From Octopus sinensis (lineage: Eukaryota): a stretch of 64,000 bases of DNA. Below are positions 26,001-37,185 of this stretch, in pieces. The notes beneath the pieces are model-generated. The model was not told the origin of the DNA. It did no database searches and was given only the letters and a program-made list of their open reading frames with translations. A program made the position numbers and the translations under genes. Each line of letters begins with the position of its first letter. Positions within the stretch are counted from its first letter, which is position 1. The stretch covers positions 122,016,001 to 122,080,000 of the forward strand of contig NC_042999.1 in assembly GCF_006345805.1 (NCBI RefSeq), written 5' to 3'.

Positions 26001-26335
26001 CCTCTTCTCTCTATCTTTATCTCTATCCCTCTTCTCTCTCTCTTTCTATCCTCTTCTCTCTCTATCCCTCTTCTCTTATCTCTATCTCCCTTTCTCTCTC
26101 TATTTCTCTCTCTCTCCCTACCTCTTCTTTATCTATATCTCTCCCTCTCTACTTTCTCTCTCTCATCCCTCCCTCTTCTTTCTCTCTATCTATCCCTCCT
26201 CTTCTTTATCTCTCTCTCTCTCCCTCCCTATTATTTCGCTCTATATCTCCCTCCCTCTTATTTCCTATCTCTCTAAATCCATATTCTTTCTCATCTCATA
26301 TCTCCCTACCTATTATATCTCTCTATCTTGTTTTT
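21152..26335. repeat. 5.2-kb (TA)n-rich minisatellite, unit ATAAATACATATT(AT)n, degrading into TC-rich sequence
   Basis: Almost pure A/T until about 23100; C then increasingly replaces A, ending as (TC)n-like sequence. Confidence 0.9.
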
Positions 26336-27360
26336 CTAAATATCCTTACCATCCTTCCCCCCATAACAAAAGTCAAGCACTTTCTTTTTAAAATATAGCA
26401 TTATTGATTTTTTCAGAGTTTGATGCATGCATATTTTTGATCTACAGAAAACAAACAAACAAAGCAATGCAAAGTTGCTGTCACAAGTGTTCAAGTGTTG
26501 AGTACTTATTAGATAATTTAAACTTGATGTGTAATTAATAAGCAATATTTAAATTTGTTTAAATACCTTAGATATCTAGAGTTAATTTCTTAATTTTTTT
26601 CTTCACTGCATATCACTGTTTATTCAAGCTTATATATATATATGTATGTATGTATGGATGGATGATTTTATTTTCATAATAAAACTGTTGGCATTAATCA
26701 TAGACTTTTTCTAATTATAGATTTTAAATATTTCATAGTCTGTCTGGGTGAAATGAATACAAAGCAGTATTTTCAAAATGCTAAATGCAGTATGATATTA
26801 GAAATGACTATTGTTATGAAATCATCATTCAAAATCATTACTAGTATTAAATAAAATTGTGGTGGAGGCTGAAGCAATTTTATGCCAGTCTAAATGCATT
26901 GTTTAGCTTTTAACTTTCCACAGTAGATTCCCTTGACTATATTCAACTCTGAGTTTGGTAATAAATATAATTATGAAACTATACTTGAGCAATGCAGCAA
27001 ACATTTGATATTACCCAGTAAAATCACTGATTTGATCAGTTTCGTGGATTTCAAGAAAATGTGTAAAAAAATTCTTGCATATTTGTCATGTATAGAAAAA
27101 TTAGAAAAATTAAATGTTTATTATTTTTACATGAAGTAAAAGCTATTTTAGGTCTTTTCAAGTAATTGATTTGTGTTCTCATTTCAAATTTATTTTGAAT
27201 TTATGTCATTTCTCTGCAGTTGTCAATATGTATTATCAGAGAATAGTTGTTCCTATTTTCTATCCTTTATTTAAAAAATTGAGCAAGTGATAATTATTAT
27301 ATATCTAGTTAATGTATCATATATCTGAAAAATAAGCTCACTCCAAAGCATAGAGCAGTA

Positions 27361-27559
27361 ATGTATTAAGAGTAACTGAGTTTATGTCCGGTCATAGAAT
27401 GACCAATGGTTTCACATCCACAAAGGCTTGTGGACATCTCTTTAGACTTTGAACTAAAGCTTAGAATCTGACGAGACATCGATGAGGCTAAAACCTTCGT
27501 GGATGTGAAATCATTGTTCACACTATGACCAGATATAGACTCAATTACTTTTAATATAT
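27361..27559. mobile_element. Hairpin MITE-like element with 69-bp TIRs
   Basis: 27361-27429 is the imperfect reverse complement of 27491-27559; TTAA lies near both ends. Confidence 0.75.
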
Positions 27560-27566
27560 ACATATG

Positions 27567-27775
27567 CTCTCACTTGTTTCAATCATTTGACTGTGGCCAT
27601 GCTGGAGCACCACCTTCAGTCAAACAAATCGACCCCAGGACTTATTCTGTGTAAGCCCAGTACTTATTCTATCGGTCTCTTTTGCTGAACTGCTAAGTTA
27701 CAGGGACGTAAACACAGCAGCATTGGCTGTCAAGCAATGGTGGGAGGACAAACACATACACACAAACACACATAT

Positions 27776-27806
<31 letters not shown>

Positions 27807-27931
27807 CAGTGGGCTTCTTTCAGTTTCCATCTATAGTAGAAGACACTTGCTCAAGGTGCCATGCAGTGGGGCTGAACCCAGAACCATGTGGTTGGTAAGC
27901 AAGCTATTTAGCACACAGCCACTTCTGCACC
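27567..27931 (-). mobile_element. Family A SINE, full length
   Basis: Both modules on the minus strand with a (CA/TA)n spacer. Confidence 0.85.
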
Positions 27932-28649
27932 TATATATATATAATGTCGATAACCATTAAATTTATGCGTCTCGAAACAAACCGATAGAAATCTCTAAAA
28001 AATTTGTTATTACCGTATTGGTCCAATTTCGGGGTTAATTCACAAGAAATTTTCCCCTCTTCAGCGGCACATACGCGAGATATAAATGAAATACTTATTC
28101 ATACCCACGGAAGAAGCAAGCACCAAGTCCCGAGAAGACTTAAGTACCCCAAATATATCCAAATAGAAAAATCTTAGGCGCACCTTAGGCATTAGAATTT
28201 TTCTTCTGCCCTTATCTTGTAAATTATGTATAAATTTTACCTTTAAAGGCATTTTTTGATATGCTGGCCATTGATAAAATTTTTTTCCCCAAAAAATTTT
28301 ATCCTATATATCAATTATATATATATATATATAATATATATATATATAAGTATATAGATATATATATATATGCATGTATGTAGGTATGTATATATAAAAA
28401 ACTTGAAAATGAAACAATAAAAGAAAAGGTTATTTTAATCATCAGTTTGTATGTCATGTATAAAATTAATTTCTTTATATAAATACTGAGTTTCTTGAAT
28501 AAAATTTCTGAGGAAGCAAATAGATAAGGATTACATGGACAAGTAAAATTCAGTTGTTGGTCATATTTATTGATCCTGAAAAAAAGTGCTATTCTTAATT
28601 AGCCCTTCATAGCATGACAAAAGATGTAAGACCAATTACTGTTAGTTTA

Positions 28650-29227
28650 CAAGGTGGTATCAAAGTTCTGGAACTAGTTCTGTAGTGCAGCAACAGATGG
28701 CAACACACAGCTACATATGCAGTGAGAGCTAGCAGTGATCTTCATGAGGCAGTGTGCCAAGTGACATCCCTGTGCTTACTTCACAAGTTGTGAAATTTGT
28801 GATCATGTGTATGCTGTAGTCTGCGATTTTGTCATGGACAGGATCAAAGAGCAACCAGATCTGTGGAGTACAAAGAATTGGATACTTCACTGAGCTCTCC
28901 TCACTTGTGAGTTTCTCACCAAAAACCACATGGTATTGCTTCCACACCCACCCTATTTGCAAGATTTAATACCTGTGGACTTTCACATCTTCCCTAATAT
29001 GAAAATGCAGCTCAAAGGTTGCCATTTTAACACCATTGTCAAGATCCAGGGTGACTTGCTTATGGAAAACGACATCCAGATTGGATTCCAAAAGTGGTAG
29101 AAACACTGGGACCAGTATATTGCTGCACACGATGACTATTTCAAGGAAGATGATGTTAAAACTTAGGTAAATAAGTTATTTTTTTTATCAAACATAACTA
29201 GACCAGGAACCTTTTGATACCACCTCA
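28650..29227 (+). mobile_element. Internally deleted mariner (DD34D-like) element
   Basis: TA|CAAGGTGGTATCAAAG ... TTTTGATACCACCTCA|TA TIRs; C-terminal relic EFLTKNHMVLLPHPPYLQDLIPVDFHIFPNMKMQLKG..GFQKW*KHWDQYIAAHDDYF. Confidence 0.85.
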
Positions 29228-30877
29228 TATTTTGTATATTTAAAACATTTGATAGATAAGAATTAAATATATATGATATTTTTCTGGTGATTTTCTGGAA
29301 ACATTTACCAACAGAAATGTGTAAAGAAAATGTACAAAAATACATCCATGAACAAAATAACTAAATTCTACCTTCTGCTTTCTTAGAACTATTTGTGAGT
29401 CTTTGGTTAGCTAAATCTGAGTCTAAATTGTAAAAATTTCAATACTTATTGTTAAATCACTACAAATCCCAATTTTCATGGTTATGAAAAAAACCCGTTA
29501 CTAATAGCGTCATCAGTTTTTATTTGTGTACAGAAAAAAATATCACCACTAGTTACTTTATTCAATTTAACATCTGCTTTTCTATAAAGGTATAAGTTGG
29601 AAAGATATTTGTTTGGCACATTTTGTATCTATAGCTGTTAGTCCTTTCAGTTGCCAACCATTTAATGGAAAACATTTAGCTAGTAAAAAGACATTAGTTA
29701 GATGTTGAAGCATGAATCAGACAGATAGTATGTGTGGGTAAGAGGGAACAAGAGAAATATGCAGTTGTAAGCAAGAAAGCAGCAAATGATAAAATAGAAA
29801 TGATAAAGGAAAGTTGGACTTAGAAACTATAGCAGTGATGACAGTAAAACATCTTGAGATATAATGACAGAGAAATAGTGTAGTTCTTCTACCCTATTGT
29901 GATTTTAGACATGATAAAAAGTTTTACACTGAAACAGTATTTATATTGGAACTGATTCATGTTATTTTCAAATCAGATTTATAAATATATTTCTTTGATA
30001 TATCACACGAGTTAAGAATTGTCCATTCTTTATTATTTGTTTTATTCTTTTTTCTTGACTTTTTTCACATATTTATTTCCACACCATCTTCTCAAAAGAT
30101 CCCCAGATACTTGTTGAGAAATAAATTGGTGTTATTTCTGAAATGAAATATTGTTTTCATTTTTTAAATATTTTCCTATTCTAAATTTTTTCTTCTTTCA
30201 TCATATAACTTCTAAATAATTTCACACTTTCTTAAACATTTGCAACAGAACCACACAACTGATCTGATCAAGCAATCAGCTACAAAGGTGTAAAAGTTCA
30301 TTGTTATAAATGATGGAAAATTCTGAAATAGTGAAAATACATAATTTACAGTCAGCATTATAACGGTCTACAACATGCAATTTAATAACTAAAAATAGAA
30401 CATTCAAGAAATTGTAATTTCATTAGTGCAAAAGGATTTTTTTCAATTGTGATAGTTGGCTTCAATAAAACACTGTCGCATACCGAGAAAGCAAATTTTA
30501 GAGTTTCAGTTTTGTGATTTTTACATTAGAGAATGCAAAATATGGAGTTAAAGAAACAAAAGAATATTACATATATGTATAAATGGTGATAAAGAAATAT
30601 ATTTCTTTAACTTCATTAGAAATGCTTTTGTCAGTTTGTTTTCATAAAAGCACCAAAACAATTGTAAACTAATATTGATTTATTGCAATACAGAGAAAAA
30701 ATACAACTATACTTGTTTATATATATATCTTTGTATGTATATTTATGCGTGCTATTTTTATGGAGGTTTAGGCATTCAGTATCTGGCATTTGAAGTTTTG
30801 TCAATTGTTACCCTTGTGGCAAATGAAAGAAATCGTGGTTGTTGTTGTTATCATTATCATTATTGTTATATGGGAAT

Positions 30878-31095
30878 GTGGCACGCTAACAGAATCATTA
30901 GTACATCTGACAAAATACTTAGTAGAGTTTTTCTTCCAGCTCTTTACATTCTGAGTTCAATTGCTGCTGAGACTAACTTTGCATTTCGTTCTTTAGGAGT
31001 TAATAAAATAAAGTACCAGTGAAATATTAGGTTCAATGTAATCAACTATTACTTCACTTTAAAACTGCTGGTCTTGCACCAAAATTTGAAACAGC

Positions 31096-31135
<40 letters not shown>

Positions 31136-31250
31136 GGAGCAGTGGGTTGACCGAATTATTAGCATGTCAGATGAACTTTGAGATATTTGTTCCAACTTTT
31201 TATGTTCTGAATTCACATCTTTTGAGATTGACTGCCTTTCATCCTTTTAG
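30878..31250 (+). mobile_element. Two decayed SINE copies (family D) separated by (ATT)n
   Basis: Both contain ..CAGAATCATTAG../..TTCTGAGTTCAA..GACT..GC.TTTC.T.CTTT motifs. Confidence 0.5.
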
Positions 31251-31264
31251 CGTTCTCATTTATA

Positions 31265-31301
<37 letters not shown>

Positions 31302-31305
31302 GCAC

Positions 31306-31339
<34 letters not shown>

Positions 31340-32019
31340 ACACTCACACTCACACACACTATTAGCAAGATAGCTGATGAGGACATTATTTTCATTATTT
31401 CTCATTTTTTATATATTTTATGTTTTTTACTGATCATCAGGGCATAAAATGCATATTTATTTTGCGTACACATGCATACAAGTTAGGTGTATATTGGGTA
31501 TTCTGACATTACATATAGTTAGTGTATGTATGTATGCATATGTGTGTTTAATTTTAGTGTGGTGTGTTTAATTTTGGTAATGAATATATTTTGGTTTATG
31601 GTCAGTTCCTCTTTTTGGTATGTGTATGTAAGCGTGCACTCCATGGAGTGGTTGTTACAATCTAGTCAGACTATTCAGTGTGTAAGTGTATCTTCCTTGG
31701 AAAACAAAACTGTAGACCAGCATGAATAAACAAATTCCAGATCAACAAACTCTAAACATTTCTACCAACAATAACCCGCTCCACTTATGAACATATATCT
31801 TCAAATACTGATTCAAAAGATTAGTGCATTCAAGTGAATGAGAGATTGTACCTTCTACAACACCACAATGATAAATAAACCTTCAGTTTTAGAACTACCA
31901 CTACCCATCTCACTTCTAATCAACTTTAAAGTAGATTTCTTCTCTCTTATCATCTCTTCTGTCTTACTGAAATCACCCCTCTGATATCTGTATTCATTTT
32001 ACTTTTTATACTATAAAAA

Positions 32020-32345
32020 ACAATTCATAGATTGAAGCATGAAAGTAATACTTTTGAGGCCAGAGCAATTGTGGGCCTTAAAATGTTGTTTAGAAATATT
32101 CAGGGTGGTGTGCAGAGTCATAGATGTCATCGAAAAGGTTGTGAGTTTTGTAATACCATAATTTTCTTGAGATTTACACATCTCACATGTTATTGTATTT
32201 AGACCTGGGGTTTTATCTTCTCTCATCTTCTTGATGGTATGTTCCACTTCAGACTCCAAAATATTGTGGTTGGATTGAGAAGGCTTTTCAGTTTTTTCAT
32301 CTTCAAACTGGCCTCTATACTCAGTCCATCTTTTCATGAACTCCT
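32020..32345 (-). mobile_element. Decayed RTE-like LINE fragment upstream of and entering the RT domain
   Basis: KRWTEY...ILESEVEHTIKKMREDKTPGLNTITCEM.K (K.PG.D.I..E motif) followed by KLT. Confidence 0.75.
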
Positions 32346-32364
32346 CTTGTTCATATGAACAACA

Positions 32365-32740
32365 ATGGATTATTATTACCAAAACCTTACAAGACTGTAA
32401 CAACTACAGACCATATAATTTATGTGCTATAGAAAGCATAAACATTCTATTTATATGTAAACTACTACTCAACAAAATATTTGAACGTGCCACTACTATC
32501 TTGCACAGTATACACCAAACTTGCTTCAGCTACTGAATAAACTGTTAATTGCCTCATCTACATACATATATACATACCACAACACACTATTAACATTTTA
32601 TTGACATGCACTATCACAGTGCTCTAGGTTGCATCTCACTCAACCAAAAATTACTTTTGATAGACAAGCTACAAGCTGATTACTCTCCAAACATAAATAA
32701 AAATACATTCATTCATCAAAGTTAACACATCACACCAAAA
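32365..32740 (+). mobile_element. Very decayed LINE RT fragment
   Basis: KTLQDCNNYRPYNL..KLLLNKIFER resembles the NYRPISL..KIFE motif. Confidence 0.4.
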
Positions 32741-33142
32741 TTAAACATGCACATTCATACACTCAGAAAAGTGCATTAATTATATGTTGTGCTGGACATA
32801 TCCAGCTAATTGACATATTCTGCATTTCTACATAAGTGTGAACATGTTTGGAATACATTAGCAAGTTGCCTGCACTGGCTGGCATAAGAGTTTTATGGTG
32901 AGTTCAGTATCACTGTATCCTGAAATTATAAACTCTCTGTAGGGTCTTTTGCTCCTAATAAGCATATATTTTTGCCCAATACATTCATTTAATATTTATT
33001 GGGTCTTTCTAGCTCCATAACTGACATATTCTACATATGTTTTACACATACACATATGTGCATGCATGCACTCACACATACACATCTAGCTCTCACCTAT
33101 TGTCTGAATACCCTCTGTTCAGCTGAGAGCTACTTATAGATT

Positions 33143-34010
33143 ATGGATATATAATTTCCAGGCATCTCTACTAAGAATATTCCAATTTGGAACTTTTATA
33201 ACAGACAACTAATGACTTCATTCCTTAGATGAGATGGAGGGCTCGCTTCTATAACATCAAATCTAATACCTTTCACGCCTCCAAGAATAAAGACTACTAT
33301 AACTTAAAAACTTATAAAAATTTGCCTCCTAACCCTGCATTTGGCTAACTTCAGAAAGGATCTACTTCAAATGATAACAAATATTAAATTCTCTAATAAA
33401 ATGAACTCATTCCAAAAGGACATCTCCAGGATTATCTCTATGATAAAAAATTCTCCACAACTACATGCTTTTCAGACAAAATCAGGAACTTGTACACCCT
33501 CCCAATTGATATATTTACTAATTTCAAATATAAGGATCTTAGTGGAAATTATAGACATACTCATAGGAATACTCTTAAGGATAACAGCAACCTCCACTGT
33601 AAGCTGATCACAGACCTTGGATTACTTGATTGAATAGAACTTTATACACCTATTCCTCATGCTTCCCCTTCAAAACTTATAAACTTGACTTCTCCATCAA
33701 ACCTTCTGTCAGATTTATTTGCCCCACTAAATCAGACTTGGGTTGCATTAGCAAATGCATAACTGACCAAAGTATGATCTTAGTGAGGAGCAAAGTAAAG
33801 CTTCCTCTTTGGAGCTGAATTAGTGATGCTTTCACTTGGTTCCACTCCCTTTCTCTCTCTAATAAATCTTGTACTCCTTCTCTCCCTATAGTTTGAGTTT
33901 TCAAACTATTATGCCTTCATATCACTCGTACTGTTTCACAAGGAAACATGCACCCCTCACTTGGCTGGATATAGACATTATCCTAGCAGGTAGGAAAACA
34001 CTTCTATCTT
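33143..34010 (+). mobile_element. Decayed Penelope-like element, N-terminal part of the ORF into RT
   Basis: STKNIP, MRWRARFY, LANFRKDLLQMITNIKF..FQKDI, SDKIRNLY, KPSVRFICPTKSDLGCISKCITDQ..VKLPLW, AFTWF; many stops and frameshifts. Confidence 0.75.
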
Positions 34011-34129
34011 AATAGCAACACTGGTACCACTGCTCCTAGTGCTAGTAACCCTAGATCATATGTCAACGGTGATGTTCTCTCCCAGCTCCATACTAGCAAT
34101 GGTCATACCTCCAATCATACTTTGAGGGA

Positions 34130-34568
34130 AATGGATCAAATGCATGTTTGCCTATGACAGTTACATGAAGAATAATGAGTCTGTCACAGCAGTTCAGCAC
34201 GAGTTCATGAGTTTCAGTGCCTCTTCAACATTCACCAAAATCAGGATGTTCCCACCTGTAACACAATCTTATGTTGCATGAATGCACATCGTACTTGAGG
34301 CACACTAATAAATAGGAGACTGGTGGGAATATCACAAATGATACGAATCCCAGAAAATGTGGAACGTGTCATATAAGCTTTAATATGGAGTCCTAATCAC
34401 TCTCCTCAGAGGCCTTCCACTGAACTTAGCATCAGTAATTGATTGGTAAGGCATATTTTGCATGAAGACCTGCAGTTCCACCTGTACAAATTGGTCATTG
34501 GGCAACAGTTGAAACCATGGGACTATGCACAACAGCTTAACTTCGCACATCAGATGGAAGCAATTTTC
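34130..34568 (+). mobile_element. Partial second rosa/DD41D copy (N-terminal region)
   Basis: Clear nucleotide match to 12110-12550, e.g. CAGGATGTTCCCACCTG and CAGTTGAAACCATGGGACTATGCACA; ends where the RTE copy begins. Confidence 0.85.
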
Positions 34569-34569
34569 A

Positions 34570-35490
34570 TCTGAAAAGTAGATTGTACGATGCATGCGTG
34601 AACTGCCATGTTTCATAGCAGTGGAACATGAGCTGTGACTGCTGAAGATGTGTAGGCTCAAAAGAAATGAAGCTAGCATGATCTGCTGGATGCGTAATGT
34701 CAGTGTACACACACGACAGAGTGTAAGCACCCTTAGAGAAATGTTGGACATGAGCATCAGATGTGGTGAGCAAGAGAGGCATTTGCATTAGTATGGTCAT
34801 GTACTACGGATGGATGAGGAGAGCTGCATGAAGACGTGCCACTGCCAAACAGCGGAAGGAATCTGGGGTAGAGGGAATCCCAGGAAGACATGGGATGATG
34901 TGGTGAAGCATGATCTTTGAACGTTGGGTCTCATAGAGGCAACAATGAAAGACCGAGACCTCTGGAGATATGCTGTGACTGATAAGTCCCAGCAAATAAA
35001 GTGAGTTCACAGCTGTAACCTATACCAGTGTCGCGTAACCAGCCCACTCAAAAAGTACCTAGGATTGTAGGGCAACATGCTGTGCTTGAGGAGACTTATT
35101 GAGTCAAATACATCAAAATCGAATCAAATCAAATCACAATCAAATGGAAATTGTAGTTGTGCTCCCCATGCCAGTGACACGTAAAAAGCATCATCCGAAC
35201 ATGGCCGATGCCAGCGCCACCTTGACTGGCTCCCACACTGGTGGCATGTAAAAAACATCATTTGATTGTGGTTGATGCCAGCCCCCTCTGGCCCCTGTGC
35301 CAGTGGCACATAATAAAAAGCACCCACTACACTCTCAGAATGGTTGGCTTTAGGAAGGTATCCAACTGTAAAAACACTACCAGATCTGACTGGAACCTGG
35401 TGCAGCCTCCTGGCTTTTCAGATCCCAGTTGAACCGTCCAACCCATGCCAGCATGGAAAACAGACATTAAACAATGATGATGATGACACA
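34570..35490 (+). mobile_element. 5'-truncated RTE LINE: ORF C-terminus, 3' UTR and (ATG)n tail
   Basis: RLYDACV..RLKRNEASMICWMRNVS..YGHVLRMDEESCMK..GRGNPRKTWDDVVKHDL..DRDLWRYAV, then (AAATC)n, subrepeats and the family C tail. Confidence 0.88.
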
Positions 35491-37185
35491 TCAAATATGT
35501 TTCTTGCACTTTCTATTTACTAAACTCTCTCATACAGGATTGCTCCAGTGTCACTTACCTAAGGGGCCTTGCAGTAGGGCTGAACCCAAAACCATTTAGT
35601 TGCAAATGAATTTCTTAATTACATGCCAGTTCCTATTTATACAATTTCATGTGTGTCAGTATACATACAGACACAATACACACACATTTATATAAATTTA
35701 ATAGTTACTATTATCATAATTATCATTGCCATTGTGGTTTTTGCTGTCTTTCATTTTGATATGAGTTGGACACTTCTAGTATATGGCATATCATCACACA
35801 TTTCAATTCTGTCATCGTTTCCATAAAGCTTTGCCTTTAAATTTAACATCCTTTCTATATCTTCAGCTGTATATTCAAATATGCACACCTTTATTTTCTT
35901 ACTTTAGTCAGCATTGGCTTTTACTAAGTAATAGTTTAAGTGAAAAATGATATATTTTGCATGTTAAAGTATAATGGAATTTTGCATATATGCATATGCT
36001 GGTGTTTATCATGGTTGTTTATTTATTAAAACACATTTAGTTAATATGGCTGACATATTCCACATGCAATATTTTTTCCTACTTTATGAGAGAAATTTGT
36101 TTTTCTCACTAATGCATGAAAGCTTTTAATAGAAGGGTGTAGGGAATTCATAACTCAAAGAAATCAAAAGATTTATAAATTTCAGCATTTCTGTTTGTTA
36201 TAACATTTACTGTAACTTATAAATTCAATCTATGCTCACATGAATGTACTGCTACGTGTATTTATGAGTACACATGCCTGTTTAGGTATATCCATAAATG
36301 AACAAATACATAATATTTTTGCTTTTAATTTTGTGGATAATTTTCACCAGACAATAGTTTAATTAATTCTACAATAATAATTACAGAGTGGTTTAAAGTT
36401 TTCTTGGAAAAAAACTTTAACAGCTAAGATATAGTTGTATCATTCATAAGCTAAAAATTAAATAAGGAATAAAATGCAGATAAAATAATTGAAGGTAAAC
36501 TAGAAAATGAAATTAAAAATCCATATATGCGTAACAGTACATTAATAGATTTGTTTTATCTAATGTATTAAAACTGTGATTGACACACCATAATATGAAA
36601 AAAAAAAAGGAAATACCTGTTATTACAAGAAACAATATGAATCAAGATGTCAAAGTATAATATTGCAATGATAAGCAGACAGAAATTTTAAAAGCCATCA
36701 AGTAGAAATGTAAAAGTTTTTTTCTTTTTCTTTTTAAGATTCCCTTAATGATTCTATCTCTGCCAATCTCTCCTGAGAAAAATTAATCCAAATTCATTTC
36801 AAAAAATTTTGCTACTCTTTATATGAATTATAGAATTATGGAAACAAAATCAGATATGTATATATCATTAGTAAAATTATCATAAATAACAAAATTATTA
36901 TTAAAAAATAATGTGATTGTATCAAGCATAAAGTTATGTTATTTCATTCTTTTAGATATTTATTTGCTTAGAAGTTGTACAGGTTTTATTTATTTCCTTT
37001 TATGGCAACTATCACTTGAAAATCTACCACACTAAACATATTCTTGTGAAATCAATTAATTGGCTACAATTGTCTAAATATCAATTCTTCCAATTAATCC
37101 AGTGCTGATCTCCATATAACTGTTGTATAGTGAAACTGTATACCCCACCTGGTAAAAAGTGGTAGGAGACGACCATTATAAAAAA

